The notes under the pieces are model-generated. The model did not search any database. It was not told where the DNA came from and saw only the letters and a list, made by a program, of their open reading frames with translations. Positions 39,120-49,351 of a stretch of DNA of 64,000 nucleotides are shown here, in pieces. Where the stretch lies: contig OZ271854.1 in the NCBI GenBank assembly GCA_965601925.1, positions 704,001 to 768,000 on the forward strand, given 5' to 3'. The DNA comes from Alkalispirochaeta sp. GTDB taxonomy: Bacteria; Spirochaetota; Spirochaetia; DSM-27196; Alkalispirochaetaceae. Position numbers and translations under genes: made by a program. How positions within the stretch are numbered: position 1 is the stretch's first letter; every line of letters begins with the position of its first letter.

Positions 39120-41180
39120 TCAGCCTCCCATCCTCAGAATCGGCGCGATCACGAGCGCCACGACGGACATCAACTTGACGAGGATATTGATCGCGGGGCC
39201 CGCGGTGTCCTTAAACGGGTCGCCGACGGTATCGCCGACCACTGCGGCCTTGTGCGCGTCGCTCCCCCGGCCGCCGGCCTCTCCCGCCTCGATCATCTTT
39301 TTCGCGTTGTCCCACGCGCCGCCGGAGTTCGCCATGAAGATCGCAAGCACCACCCCCGCGGCGGTCACGCCGACGAGAAGCCCGACCAACATGTCGATAC
39401 CGCCGGCAAAACCGACCAACACGGGGGTACCGACGGCGATGAAACCGGGAAGACGCATCTGCTCCAACGCGGATCCCGTCGAGATCGCGATACAACGATC
39501 GTAATCCGGCGATTCGTCGCCGTCCAGTATCGCCGGCGTCTCTTTGAACTGTCGCCGCACTTCCTCGATCATCTGAAAAGCGGCGGTTCCGATCGCGTTC
39601 ATCGCGAGGGCGCTGAACAGGTACGGAATCACGGCTCCGATGAGCACGCCGATGAGTACGTTAACGTTGGTCAGATCGATCGACGCGACGCCGGCCGATT
39701 CGCGGAAGCTGGAGAGCAGAATAATCGCCGTGAGAGCCGCCGAGCCGATGGCAAAGCCCTTACCGACCGCCGCGGTCGTGTTGCCGACACTATCGAGCTC
39801 GTCGGTGATGTCCCGCACCTCCGACGGAAAGTCGCTCATCACCGCCAGGCCGCCGGCGTTGTCGGCGATCGGCCCGTATGCGTCGACGGAGAGCTGTACC
39901 CCGAGGGTGACGAGCATCCCGACCGCCGAGGTGGCGACGCCGTACAGTCCGGCAAAGCTATGGCTGGCGAAGATCGTTATCGCAATGAGGGCGATGGGAA
40001 AGAGTGCCGAGAGCATGCCGATGCCCATGCCGGTAATGATCGTCGTCGCCGGCCCGGTAATCGCCGAGCGTACGATCGCCTTTACGGGGCGCTTACCGGT
40101 GCCGGTAAAGAGCTCGGTCACCGCACCGATACCCATACCGGTCACCAGTCCGAAGAGGACCGACCAATAGATGCCCCACATAGAGACTCCGGCGGGCATC
40201 ACCGATCGACCGAAGAGCGCAACCAACAACGGAATCGCACCGAGGGCGGCAAGGAGCGCCGCAGCGAAGCTACCGAGGTTGAGCGCCGCCTGGGGTGATC
40301 GCTTTCCACCGGTACGAACCATGAATATACCGACCGCGGAGGCGAGCATACCGATGACGCTCAACCCGATTGGAAAGACCATCAGGCGCACCTTGATGTC
40401 GTAGTCGGCCTCAACCGCAAAGGCGAGGATCATTGCACCGACCAAGGACCCGACGAAGGATTCGAAGAGGTCGGCGCCCATGCCGGCCACGTCCCCCACG
40501 TTGTCGCCCACATTATCGGCGATCGTGGCCGGGTTGCGCGGGTCGTCTTCGGGAATGCCGGCCTCTACTTTGCCCACCAAATCGGCACCGATGTCGGCGG
40601 CCTTGGTAAAGATGCCGCCGCCGACCCTGGCAAAGAGGGCGATCGAGGAGGCGCCCAGACTGAAGCCGCTCATTACCGGGAGAACGGTCGTGACCATCGC
40701 GGTCTCGTCGGCGCCGATTCGATTCACACCGATCCATAGCACCACCGAGACGCCTGCAAGCACCAAACCGACGACACTCATGCCCATGACCGCGCCGCCG
40801 GAAAAGGCGAGACGGAGCGCCGGGTCCATACCGCTCAAGGCCGCGTGGGTAGTGCGCACGTTACTCTGCGTCGCAATGCGCATGCCGAAAAAACCGGCCG
40901 CCGCGCTTGCCACGGCTCCGATCAAAAACGAGACCGCCTGTAGGCGCAGGTATCCGTCGTTTCCGATGTAGAGGAAGGCCGCCACGACGATGACGAAGGG
41001 TGCCAACGCCTGATACTCTTTGTTGAGAAAGGTCATCGCCCCACTACGTACAAATCCGCCGATCCGCTTCAATCGCTCGCTCTCGACGTCCTGCTTGAGA
41101 ATCCACCGGGCGCGGCCGGCGGCAAAGAGCAACGCGAAGCACCCCCCGACCAGCCCAACGACAATTGCTACGGTGATCAT
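39120..41180 (-). CDS. hppA: Membrane-integral pyrophosphatase, K+-dependent, probably Na+-translocating
   Basis: [59 protein letters not shown] (Ala determinant = K+-dependent), [14 protein letters not shown]. Confidence 0.95.
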   Translation of the reverse strand: MITVAIVVGLVGGCFALLFAAGRARWILKQDVESERLKRIGGFVRSGAMTFLNKEYQALAPFVIVVAAFLYIGNDGYLRLQAVSFLIGAVASAAAGFFGMRIATQSNVRTTHAALSGMDPALRLAFSGGAVMGMSVVGLVLAGVSVVLWIGVNRIGADETAMVTTVLPVMSGFSLGASSIALFARVGGGIFTKAADIGADLVGKVEAGIPEDDPRNPATIADNVGDNVGDVAGMGADLFESFVGSLVGAMILAFAVEADYDIKVRLMVFPIGLSVIGMLASAVGIFMVRTGGKRSPQAALNLGSFAAALLAALGAIPLLVALFGRSVMPAGVSMWGIYWSVLFGLVTGMGIGAVTELFTGTGKRPVKAIVRSAITGPATTIITGMGIGMLSALFPIALIAITIFASHSFAGLYGVATSAVGMLVTLGVQLSVDAYGPIADNAGGLAVMSDFPSEVRDITDELDSVGNTTAAVGKGFAIGSAALTAIILLSSFRESAGVASIDLTNVNVLIGVLIGAVIPYLFSALAMNAIGTAAFQMIEEVRRQFKETPAILDGDESPDYDRCIAISTGSALEQMRLPGFIAVGTPVLVGFAGGIDMLVGLLVGVTAAGVVLAIFMANSGGAWDNAKKMIEAGEAGGRGSDAHKAAVVGDTVGDPFKDTAGPAINILVKLMSVVALVIAPILRMGG

Positions 41181-41299
41181 GGTATTTCAAGCTACCTCGC
41201 ACGCTACGAGGGGGCAAGCAAAATGCTATACCGCGAGGAAATGTAATCGGTTAATCAGCCGACGGGTGGTAAAAGAGAGTCGGAGCGACGGGGATCGGA

Positions 41300-42019
41300 T
41301 CAATTCTCCGGTGCTTGGGAGGTATCCGCCGAGGAAGGCTCCTCGTCGCCGGCGGACTCAATGGAATCGAGCCACCGAGCAACGGTGCCGGACGTCGTCG
41401 CGACCGTGCCCGGCTTCGGAATGATGAAGAGGTAGGCCCGTTCGCGGTGCGGCACGAGCGCTGCATGGCGGAGCGTTCCCGGCTCCGAGAGATCATCCAT
41501 GAGGCGATGCATCCACGCGCGCGATCGCTCGGACGAGCTGTACAACAAGAACGCGCGCTCCCCCCACCGGAGCTCTTCGCGATCGAGGCTCTCGGCGTTT
41601 TCGATCGAGTTGCCCATGGTCTTTGAGAAGCGCGCTTCGATGAGATGCGCCTCCTCGCGTATCCGTTTACCGCGCTTATTGAACTCAAAGGTCATCTGCA
41701 TTCGATCGAACCGACGCACCAGGAGTGAGAAGGGGAGATAGAGCCAGCTCTGGCGCGGTAACAACGTGATGGTGATGTCGACTTTGCGTACGGTGCGAAT
41801 GTTTCCCGGTACGATCGTCGCGTGGAAACCGGTCTGCCCGCCGATGTTGGTAAACTGCTGGTCACGCGCCTTGAACACTTCTAAGAGCGGATCGAGCGCA
41901 TTGACCAACACCCGTCGATTCCACCGCCGTCCCCAACTGTATCCCAGGGTCAGGACGATGGTAAGCGAGACGAGAAAGTAGAACGCGGGCTGGTATATGA
42001 TCTCTTCGTACGCGAACAT
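41300..42019 (-). CDS. Single-TM hypothetical protein, CCDC47/DUF1682-like; paralog of 45167-45814
   Basis: N-terminal TM, GRRWNRR, 'ITITLLPRQSWLYLPFSLLVRRFDRMQMTF'; GGAGGAGG RBS. Confidence 0.75.
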   Translation of the reverse strand: MFAYEEIIYQPAFYFLVSLTIVLTLGYSWGRRWNRRVLVNALDPLLEVFKARDQQFTNIGGQTGFHATIVPGNIRTVRKVDITITLLPRQSWLYLPFSLLVRRFDRMQMTFEFNKRGKRIREEAHLIEARFSKTMGNSIENAESLDREELRWGERAFLLYSSSERSRAWMHRLMDDLSEPGTLRHAALVPHRERAYLFIIPKPGTVATTSGTVARWLDSIESAGDEEPSSADTSQAPEN

Positions 42020-42040
42020 GGGTCCTCCTCCGACCGTCGA

Positions 42041-42961
42041 TCAGGCAAACAAGGTGCACAGATCGTACCCGATCTCGTACGCTTTTTCACGACGGTACGG
42101 CTCCCACGGAACGCGTACCACTTCAGGCGCATCGTTCATCTTCGCGAAGAGCTCTCGTTCCATCTCGTCGGCGATCGTCTTGAGTCCCGGGGTGTACTTA
42201 TTGTTTATGGCGACCTGGGCCGAGAGCTTGAGATCGGCAAGGCCGACGAAGATGCGCTCGCTCTCGCGCAAGCTCAGATAATCGGGGTTGAAGACCACGG
42301 CGATCCGGTTGCCATCCCCTTCGAGGTGCTGCGCCACGGCTACATACCGCTCAAAGAGCTCCCTCAGCTTCTGCATCACCCGATCGTCCTTCTCTTCGTA
42401 GGCGAGCTTCTGCCCCTGTTCGTCGTAGACCCCGGTAATCGCATGCACCGTGTGGCGCTTGTCGAGGATATCGCGCCGAATACGACGCAGTCGGTCGATC
42501 CACGTGATCGAGATGCGCGGCAGAGCGAGAATACGCAGCGTCAGACCGGTCGGCGGAGTGTCGACAACCACCACGTCGTACTCATCTGAGGTGCGTAAGA
42601 GCTCCTCCAACGCGGTGAGAACGGCGTATTCCTCCACACCGGGAGAGTGGCGCAGAACTTTGAAATAGCGATCGAGATTGAACGCCCGCGTGTAACTGTA
42701 GACCTCCGTGAGGATGTCGGTGTTCTTTTTGATGTACTCCTGCGCCGAGCGCTCCAGATCGGCTTCGCGGAGGTCGAGATTGGCGGAAAAACGGGTCGGT
42801 TTATGACCGAGCTTCACGCCGAAGATATCGCCGAGATTGTGGGCAGGATCGAAGGATATTGCAAGGACGCGCCGCCCCGCCTGGGATAGTTGCCACGCGG
42901 CGGCGGAGGCCATCGTCGACTTGCCGACCCCGCCCTTTCCGGTAAAAAAAATCGTCTTCAC
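42041..42961 (-). CDS. ArsA/Get3(TRC40)-family ATPase, single domain
   Basis: GKGGVGKS, SFDPAHNLGD, PGVEE, DTPPTG, NK; only one Cys. Confidence 0.92.
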   Translation of the reverse strand: MKTIFFTGKGGVGKSTMASAAAWQLSQAGRRVLAISFDPAHNLGDIFGVKLGHKPTRFSANLDLREADLERSAQEYIKKNTDILTEVYSYTRAFNLDRYFKVLRHSPGVEEYAVLTALEELLRTSDEYDVVVVDTPPTGLTLRILALPRISITWIDRLRRIRRDILDKRHTVHAITGVYDEQGQKLAYEEKDDRVMQKLRELFERYVAVAQHLEGDGNRIAVVFNPDYLSLRESERIFVGLADLKLSAQVAINNKYTPGLKTIADEMERELFAKMNDAPEVVRVPWEPYRREKAYEIGYDLCTLFA

Positions 42962-42997
42962 GCGGTTATTCCTTTGTTGGAGTGCAAAACGGCGGAC

Positions 42998-43318
42998 CTA
43001 CGCATCCGCGTCGAGGCTTCCCATGATTTCGGCGAGCGCGTCCGTGGAACTCTCGGCGCGTCGGTTCAGAACGCGAATTTCATGTTCCAGATGCGGTAAC
43101 AGCTCGACCGCCAAAAACGACGGGGGCGAAGGCATGCCGGCAAACGAACCGAGGAGGAGCAACACGAACATGTTTTCGAGCTCCCGCGCTTCATACGCGG
43201 TGAGAGACGTCATCTTCTCGCGGTGGGCACGATCCAATCCGCGAAAAAACGAGATCACCAACTGTCCTATCCGTCGTACCGCGCCGATTGCTCGACGCGA
43301 AGATCGATCGCGCGCCAT
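42998..43318 (-). CDS. Small CstA/ArsA-associated protein (resembles the 'cory-CC-star' family)
   Basis: ELENMFVLLLLGSFAGMPSPPSFLAVELLPHL motif; located between cstA and the ArsA-like gene; GAGGA RBS. Confidence 0.75.
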   Translation of the reverse strand: MARDRSSRRAIGAVRRIGQLVISFFRGLDRAHREKMTSLTAYEARELENMFVLLLLGSFAGMPSPPSFLAVELLPHLEHEIRVLNRRAESSTDALAEIMGSLDADA

Positions 43319-43344
43319 ATAGGTCCTCTCTCGAAATACAGAGA

Positions 43345-43390
43345 GGGCCCTACCCCGCGCCGTACTAATCGACGCGGGAGGATAGGGCCC
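43345..43390 (-). terminator. Strong intergenic hairpin downstream of cstA (no U-tract; stabiliser or partial terminator)
   Basis: GGGCCCTA..CCCGCG...CGCGGGG-TAGGGCCC inverted repeat. Confidence 0.5.
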
Positions 43391-43410
43391 CGATGAAACG
43401 TGGAGACGGA

Positions 43411-45138
43411 TTAGGCCTCGGAGGCCTCCGGAGCGGGATCGTTACGCGTCTTCACGAAGTCGATAATGAACACGATGTTCAGAATGAGCATGATCGCCTC
43501 GATGATGAACACGACCGTGTTGGTTACCGCATTGGCCTGAATCGCCGGCAGCACGACGATGAACATGTGCCACACAATCGCGGCGGTAACGGTGATCCAC
43601 AAGAGATACGCGGGAATCAGCGCCATGGTCGCCTTGGTCTTGAGTCGTTTGGCGACCCACGCCGTACCGGTCAACAATGCGATCGACGCGATCAACTGGT
43701 TACCGGCACCGAAGCTGGGCCACAGAATACTGAACGTACCGGACCACGCGAGGTAGATTCCCAACGCCGCGGGAATGGCCGAAGCGACCCACCGGTTCGT
43801 CAAGAAGTTGTAGACGCTCTCGCTCCTGTCTTTCACGGGTAGTGCGATCTCGGCAAGAGTGTAGCGCGCCAGACGGTTGGTCGTGTCCAGCGTCGTCATC
43901 GCGAAGGAGGCGACCCACATACCGGCGATCGTCCTGACGAAGGTCGTGGGTAAAAAGCCCAACCACGTCGAGTCGACCATGGCGGCGTAGGCGGTAGTGA
44001 ACATACCCGCACCGCTCAACCCCGCGGCGGCGCCGGCGGCGAGATAACGCTCGCCCCACGTAGCGGCGGTGATATCCTGTCCGGCGTTTACCAGAAGCGT
44101 CATCCCGTAACCGGCGATGGTCACGACGACGATGGTGGAGAGAAAACCCTCAAAAAGCATACCGCCGTACCCGATCGTAAGGCCCGAACTCTCTTTGTCG
44201 AGCTGCTTGCTCGTGGTACCCGATCCTACGAGGGAGTGGAATCCGCTCAAGCTACCGCAGGCGATAATCAGCGGAATGACCGGCCAGAACGGGCTCGGCT
44301 GACCGCCGGAGACGATCGGCGCAAAGCTGGTAAAGGCCGGCGCGGTGAAGCTGACGCCGCTTGAGATCGCCGCAACGGCGCCGATCGCGAGGCCGAGGTA
44401 GAGGAGCCAGCTGTTAAGGTAGTCCCGCGGCTGCAGGAGAACGTTCACCGGAATGGCCGAAGCGATAATGATGTAAAAGAACATCACGACGAACCACACA
44501 CTCCTGGGAGCTGCAATCGGGAATGCGATACCGCCGAAGATCGCCGCAATCAACAGCACCACGCCGATAACCGTCGCAACGGTGAAGTTCATCTTCACCC
44601 GATACATCAACACACCCAATATCAACGCGGCAACGAGGGTGAGCAGATAACTGGACGGAACCGAGGGGTCGCCGACGAACATATTGCCGAGGACCGCACC
44701 GAAAGCGCCGACGATCAGGACGAGAATCAGGAACACGAGCCAATAAAAGAGTTTCCCGGTTCGCTTGGTGATCAGATCCGAGGCGACGAACTGGATCGAC
44801 TTTCCGTCATAGCGCACCGAAGCCATGATCGCCAGGTAATCGTGGACGGCACCGATGAAGATGTTGCCGAACCAGATCCACGCGAGTGCCGGAACCCAAC
44901 CCCACGCCATGGCGATGACGGGCCCGATAATCGGAGCCGCACCCGCAACGGACGCGAAGTGATGGCCGAATAGCACCGGCGCCTTTGCCGGAACGTAGTC
45001 GACACCGTCGTACAAGCGATTTGCCGGAGTCTGGATGCTGTCGTCGGCCTTAACCACATTCCGCTCTAACTTTTTTCCATAAAGAAAGTAAAGCGCAATA
45101 TAGACGACGACACCAACCAGCACAACAATTGAGGACAT
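43411..45138 (-). CDS. cstA: Carbon starvation protein A family transporter
   Basis: TPANRLYDGVDYVPA, LFGHHFASVAGAAPIIGP, GAVHDY, LLQPRDYLN, IACGSLSGFHSLV, TTLDTTNRL, LWPSFGAGNQL. Confidence 0.95.
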   Translation of the reverse strand: MSSIVVLVGVVVYIALYFLYGKKLERNVVKADDSIQTPANRLYDGVDYVPAKAPVLFGHHFASVAGAAPIIGPVIAMAWGWVPALAWIWFGNIFIGAVHDYLAIMASVRYDGKSIQFVASDLITKRTGKLFYWLVFLILVLIVGAFGAVLGNMFVGDPSVPSSYLLTLVAALILGVLMYRVKMNFTVATVIGVVLLIAAIFGGIAFPIAAPRSVWFVVMFFYIIIASAIPVNVLLQPRDYLNSWLLYLGLAIGAVAAISSGVSFTAPAFTSFAPIVSGGQPSPFWPVIPLIIACGSLSGFHSLVGSGTTSKQLDKESSGLTIGYGGMLFEGFLSTIVVVTIAGYGMTLLVNAGQDITAATWGERYLAAGAAAGLSGAGMFTTAYAAMVDSTWLGFLPTTFVRTIAGMWVASFAMTTLDTTNRLARYTLAEIALPVKDRSESVYNFLTNRWVASAIPAALGIYLAWSGTFSILWPSFGAGNQLIASIALLTGTAWVAKRLKTKATMALIPAYLLWITVTAAIVWHMFIVVLPAIQANAVTNTVVFIIEAIMLILNIVFIIDFVKTRNDPAPEASEA

Positions 45139-45166
45139 ATGGACCTCCTGATGGGTGTGATGTGGT

Positions 45167-45814
45167 TTAGCCCACGGTAACCCGGGTTTCAGGAGCGGTC
45201 AAGGAAAATAGTGCCGTTGCGACGGTTTCCAATTCCATTTTTATTGTATTGGTACAAGGCGTCAAAAAAATGGTAATTGTCCCACGTCTTGAATCGACGC
45301 CGATTTGGTTAATATTCGGCGCGGGAATGAGGTGCGGTACCGTCTCGCGCAGTCTGCTCGCCACTACGGCATTGAAGGAGAAGAGACGAAATCGCCGTCC
45401 CTCGGTAACCAGGCGCTCCTCGTTCCACTCTTCGTCTCGTTCTACCGCCGACCACCGCGATCGGTGAGCCGTTTCGTGTACAAGAGTACCGACTCCGGGC
45501 GGCAACACGTCTCGGCAAAAAAAAGTCAACTTGAGCAGGTCACTGCGACCGAGGAGTCGGGCGATCGGCATATAGAGCGGCGCATAGCGCGGCAGCGTCG
45601 TGACGACGCCGTGGAGAGACGCAATCGGACCGTCCAGATCGTACTCGAACCCGTAGCCGATTCCCCGTCCCAGCGGGACGTAGTCGGTCCGCCGGGGGCG
45701 AAAGCACTCCTCGACGGCCGTTATGATCGCGGTCGTGAGGCGTGCATTGTGACGAAGGCCGAGTCTGAACGCTACCGCAAACGCGAGGGCCGACACGACG
45801 AAGAACGCAGCCAT
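45167..45814 (-). CDS. Single-TM hypothetical protein, paralog of 41300-42019 (CCDC47/DUF1682-like)
   Basis: MAAFFVVSALAFAVAFRLGLRHNARL...VVTTLPRYAPLYMPIARLLGRSDLLKLTF; start at 45814 or 45832 rather than 46483. Confidence 0.7.
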   Translation of the reverse strand: MAAFFVVSALAFAVAFRLGLRHNARLTTAIITAVEECFRPRRTDYVPLGRGIGYGFEYDLDGPIASLHGVVTTLPRYAPLYMPIARLLGRSDLLKLTFFCRDVLPPGVGTLVHETAHRSRWSAVERDEEWNEERLVTEGRRFRLFSFNAVVASRLRETVPHLIPAPNINQIGVDSRRGTITIFLTPCTNTIKMELETVATALFSLTAPETRVTVG

Positions 45815-45892
45815 GGGTGGAAGATACCGCATTACGAACCGCAGGACCACGATCGGCGACACCGCCGGTATCCTCGTGTACAATTCCACGCG

Positions 45893-46549
45893 ATGCAATC
45901 CGTTATATTCGATATGGACGGCGTTATCGTCGACAGCGAGCCGACGCATTTTCGTCTGGAGCGGGAACTCTTTCACAGGTTGGGACTGGTCATAGATGAC
46001 GCCGAGCACGAGCGTTACGTCGGCACGAACGCTCGGGGTATGCTCGAAGAGATCGCCCGTCGCCATGGAGCCGCGTGGGAACGTCACGGTATGACGATCG
46101 ACGATGTAGTAGAGGACGAGTATCGTCGCTATCAGGAGCAATTGATCGCCGGAGCGGTGCCCTTCGTATCGGGTGCCGTGGAGGTGATACGCGATCTCTC
46201 CCGTGCGGGTTGGAAACTGGCGATCGCCTCCTCGGCGCCGCACAGCCAGATAGACGAGGTGGTACGGCAAGCCGAGCTCGACGATATCGTCGAGTGTCGG
46301 ATAAGCGGCGACGATGTGGAACGTAGCAAACCGGACCCTGCCATCTTTCTGAGGACGGCGGCGTGTCTCGGTAGCGCGCCGTCGGAGTGTTGGGTGGTCG
46401 AAGACTCGGAAAACGGAGTGCGCGCCGCTGTTGCCGCCGGAATGGTATGCATCGGCTTCCGCAACGGTAGCTCGGGCCGTCAAAACGTGAGCGCCGCCGC
46501 CTACGTGGCCGATACCATGCCGGAGGTGGCGCGCATTCTCGCGATATAG
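45893..46549 (+). CDS. HAD family phosphatase (beta-PGM/CbbY-like)
   Basis: FDMDGVIVDSE, AIASS, SKPDPAIF, VEDSENG. Confidence 0.92.
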   Translation: MQSVIFDMDGVIVDSEPTHFRLERELFHRLGLVIDDAEHERYVGTNARGMLEEIARRHGAAWERHGMTIDDVVEDEYRRYQEQLIAGAVPFVSGAVEVIRDLSRAGWKLAIASSAPHSQIDEVVRQAELDDIVECRISGDDVERSKPDPAIFLRTAACLGSAPSECWVVEDSENGVRAAVAAGMVCIGFRNGSSGRQNVSAAAYVADTMPEVARILAI

Positions 46550-46668
46550 CGCGAGAGTTCGAGTCTTCGCATCCCTTGGTGTATCTTAGTGACGTCGCCC
46601 GGCAGGAACACTCCTTCTTCGTATCGGGCGACGACTCGAAGGTATCTTTGGAATAGGAGCGTAGTATC

Positions 46669-47433
46669 ATGAGCACCGCATTATTCTCTCTGGACGGCAA
46701 GAGGGCGCTCGTAACCGGATCGACCCAAGGCATCGGACGGTCGCTCGCCCGCGGGCTTGCCGAGGCGGGGGCGACGGTGATTCTCAACGGAAGGACCGCA
46801 GCGAAGGTAGACGCCGCCGTCGAGGAGTTGCGCGCCGAGGGACTATCGGCCGAGGGTGCGGCGTTCGACGTGACGGATGAGAGGTCGGTGACGCGGGGTA
46901 TCGAGGAGATCGTATCGAGCGGAACGATCGATGTCCTCGTGAACAACGCCGGCGGCACGGTGCGCAAGCCGGTCCACGAACTCTCGTTCGACGAGTGGCG
47001 TCGCGTCCTGGACCTCAACCTCAACGGCGCATTTCTCACGACCCGCGCCGTGGTGCCGTCTATGATCGAAGGCAAGGCGGGCAAGATCATCAACACGTGT
47101 TCTCTCATGAGCGATATCGCTCGCGAACAGAACACGCCGTACGCCGCGAGCAAGGGCGGGATGCGCATGTTCACCCGCGCCTTGGCGGTGGAGCTCGGTC
47201 CTCACAACATCCAGGTGAACGGCATCGGCCCGGGCTACTTCGTCACCCCGCTTACGAAAGTCCTCCAGGAGAACCGTGAGTTCGACTCCTGGCTCAAGCG
47301 GCGCACCCCTATGGCGCGATGGGGCAGGGTCGAGGAACTCGTGGGGGCGGCGGTGTATCTGGCGAGCCCGGCGAGCAGCTTTGTGTCGGGACAGATTCTC
47401 TATGTGGACGGGGGATTCACCGCGGCGATGTAA
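46669..47433 (+). CDS. SDR family oxidoreductase, gluconate 5-dehydrogenase-like
   Basis: TGSTQGIG, NNAG, YAASKGG, NGIGPGYF, RTPMARWG. Confidence 0.88.
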   Translation: MSTALFSLDGKRALVTGSTQGIGRSLARGLAEAGATVILNGRTAAKVDAAVEELRAEGLSAEGAAFDVTDERSVTRGIEEIVSSGTIDVLVNNAGGTVRKPVHELSFDEWRRVLDLNLNGAFLTTRAVVPSMIEGKAGKIINTCSLMSDIAREQNTPYAASKGGMRMFTRALAVELGPHNIQVNGIGPGYFVTPLTKVLQENREFDSWLKRRTPMARWGRVEELVGAAVYLASPASSFVSGQILYVDGGFTAAM

Positions 47434-47694
47434 GCGGCGCTGTACGAAGGGATGTTCGGACCGAGGTTGAGACCGCTCGAGTGATCTGTAACGGGCGTTT
47501 ATCCCGTTATTGAAAAGACGAGATGCGTCGACGAACCGCTACCCCTCCGCCATAACGAAGAATGGAGAACGGCGAGAGAATCCCCGACGAATCTGTCCGG
47601 TCTGCTCGTCAAAAGCAAGCACGGGATGCGTATGCCACCGGAGTCCGTCGGTGTATCGGCCCGGAGCAACGCGTCCGGGCTCTCTATCAACTCC

Positions 47695-48218
47695 TCAACT
47701 AAAAAGGAAAAAAATCCAAGCGCCGCTGCTGGTCGGCGTAGTGGCCGTATATACTTCCTAATTCCCTGAGACGCTATAAATGACTGCATTCCAGCCTGCG
47801 GAAAGAGCCATGTTGTCGAGTATCGTCGCCTGGGTCATTTTGGCATTTGTGTTCGAACTAGTAACATCGATACTAAACTCCTCGGCAGTTGTGCCGAGTT
47901 CACTTTCATTGGGGGCATCGCCGGATAAGATCAGGATAGCGTCGTCGCTACTGTCGGTATCAAGTGTCTCAGTATTTGTCGAAAGAAAAAAGTACGTCCC
48001 GGCGCGTGTTCATGAGCTCCATATGTGGTGATAACATCACCATCGAATTCGGCTTGAGTCGGGATCGTTACATCGGTATCAAGTGTATCGCCTACGGCCC
48101 CGGGGCCCAGCCCTCCCCAGCCCACGCCGTTCTCGTCGTCCTCACCTAAGAGATCGCACGCTGAGAGTCCGACGAACGTGACCAAACAGAGCGCCACAAG
48201 CTTAAGATGGTTTCGCAT
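47695..48218 (-). pseudogene. Decayed paralog of the 48701-49351 lipoprotein
   Basis: Lipobox LSAC; frameshift near 47985-47995; homologous frame continues ETLDTDSSDDAILILSG...NMALSAGWNAVIY; roughly 35-40 codon internal deletion; in-frame TAG at 47758-47760 followed by ...SSGAWIF. Confidence 0.8.
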
Positions 48219-48621
48219 CAGTGATGCCTCCTGGTGTGTCGTGCTGAAGATTCTTAATGTGTCGTGATCGAACGTCAATGTATCGCGACAGAAAAAAATA
48301 GGTATTTTTATTAATTTAAATTAATTTATATTATAATTTTTTAGCGTCGTTTTCAATGATCATAGCGTTCCGACTGACGGCGGCAGCCAAGTCGAAATCG
48401 GTCTACTCAGTGTTACTCCCGTTAGTGTCAACCACGCGCTATTACACTCGCCACCGGATATGTGAAAGCACTCGAACTCTCTCGACAGTGCTCAGATAAC
48501 CGAGATCAAAACGGTGTCAGTTCGCCGCATCCGTTACTAAAGACTCAAAGAGCATAGGAAGTTCGACAAGCTTGCCTTTAAGGTGATGAAATGAGGAACA
48601 AATATGACAAGCGAGCGCACC

Positions 48622-48662
48622 AAAAAAACTCCTGTGGCATATGATGATCACACCACAGGAGT
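48622..48662 (-). terminator. Intrinsic terminator of the lipoprotein gene
   Basis: Minus strand ACTCCTGTGG...CCACAGGAG followed by T7. Confidence 0.75.
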
Positions 48663-48700
48663 GTCTTGTCACTAATCGGTGAATTGATTCAATCGCAACC

Positions 48701-49351
48701 TTAGGGCTCGAAGGTCCAAGCGCCGCTAATACCGGACGGTATAGAGTTGGTATACCCGCTACTGTCAGGTGAGGACACATAAATCACGACATTCCAGCCG
48801 GCAGCAAGCGAAATGTTGAAGTCATCGAACCCATCACTGCCGCCAAGCTCCGTTGCCTCCGATGAGTATATATATACCTCGTAGTATTCAGTAACGGTAC
48901 TGAAAACGGCGTGATAAAAACGGACAGGATCAAAAGTGTCACTCTCAATCTCCGCCTCAAGAATTCTCGCGTCCGTGTTAGTACTGGTCACACCAACCCC
49001 AAAAACATTAGCTGGAGTATCTAAAAGAGTAGCGTCCGGCACACCCGTCGAGAGCATAAGGACGGCGTCATCCGACGTATCGGTATCAAGAATCGTGAAG
49101 CTTCGGGCGTCGAACAACTCGTAGTCGCGGCCCGGCGTGTGCTGATACGCAACAAATAACTCATCTTGGGAAGTTCCATCGAAATTGACTTCGCGCGTCA
49201 CCGTCGCGTTGATACTGAGCGTATCGCCCAAAGCCCCGGGTCCAAGTCCTCCCCAACTCGCGTCGTCGTCATCGTCGCCGAGAAGATCGCACGCCGAAAG
49301 TCCTATAAAGGTGATCAGCAAAAGCGCCACAAGTTTAAGATTGCTTCGCAT
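48701..49351 (-). CDS. Hypothetical lipoprotein
   Basis: MRSNLKLVALLLITFIGLSA-C lipobox, acidic beta-rich mature part; CAGGAGG RBS. Confidence 0.85.
   Translation of the reverse strand: MRSNLKLVALLLITFIGLSACDLLGDDDDDASWGGLGPGALGDTLSINATVTREVNFDGTSQDELFVAYQHTPGRDYELFDARSFTILDTDTSDDAVLMLSTGVPDATLLDTPANVFGVGVTSTNTDARILEAEIESDTFDPVRFYHAVFSTVTEYYEVYIYSSEATELGGSDGFDDFNISLAAGWNVVIYVSSPDSSGYTNSIPSGISGAWTFEP

Noticed and set aside
42041..42961. Arsenic resistance operon
   Set aside because: No arsR, arsB/acr3, arsC or arsD nearby; single-domain ATPase lacking metalloid-binding cysteines
45815..46483. N-terminal extension of the 438-aa ORF 45167-46483 and of the 414-aa ORF 45305-46549
   Set aside because: Each extension is the antisense of the other real gene; the true starts (45814 and 45893) are divergent, each with its own -10 box
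46557..46668. Hairpins upstream of the SDR gene (GTCGCCCG/CGGGCGAC) as a riboswitch
   Set aside because: No recognisable aptamer consensus or terminator; a single GC-rich stem is not enough evidence
47982..47995. Programmed -1 frameshift at T_TTT_TTC in the lipoprotein paralog
   Set aside because: The heptamer is present and in the right frame, but the downstream frame also has a large deletion and a premature TAG, so decay is more parsimonious
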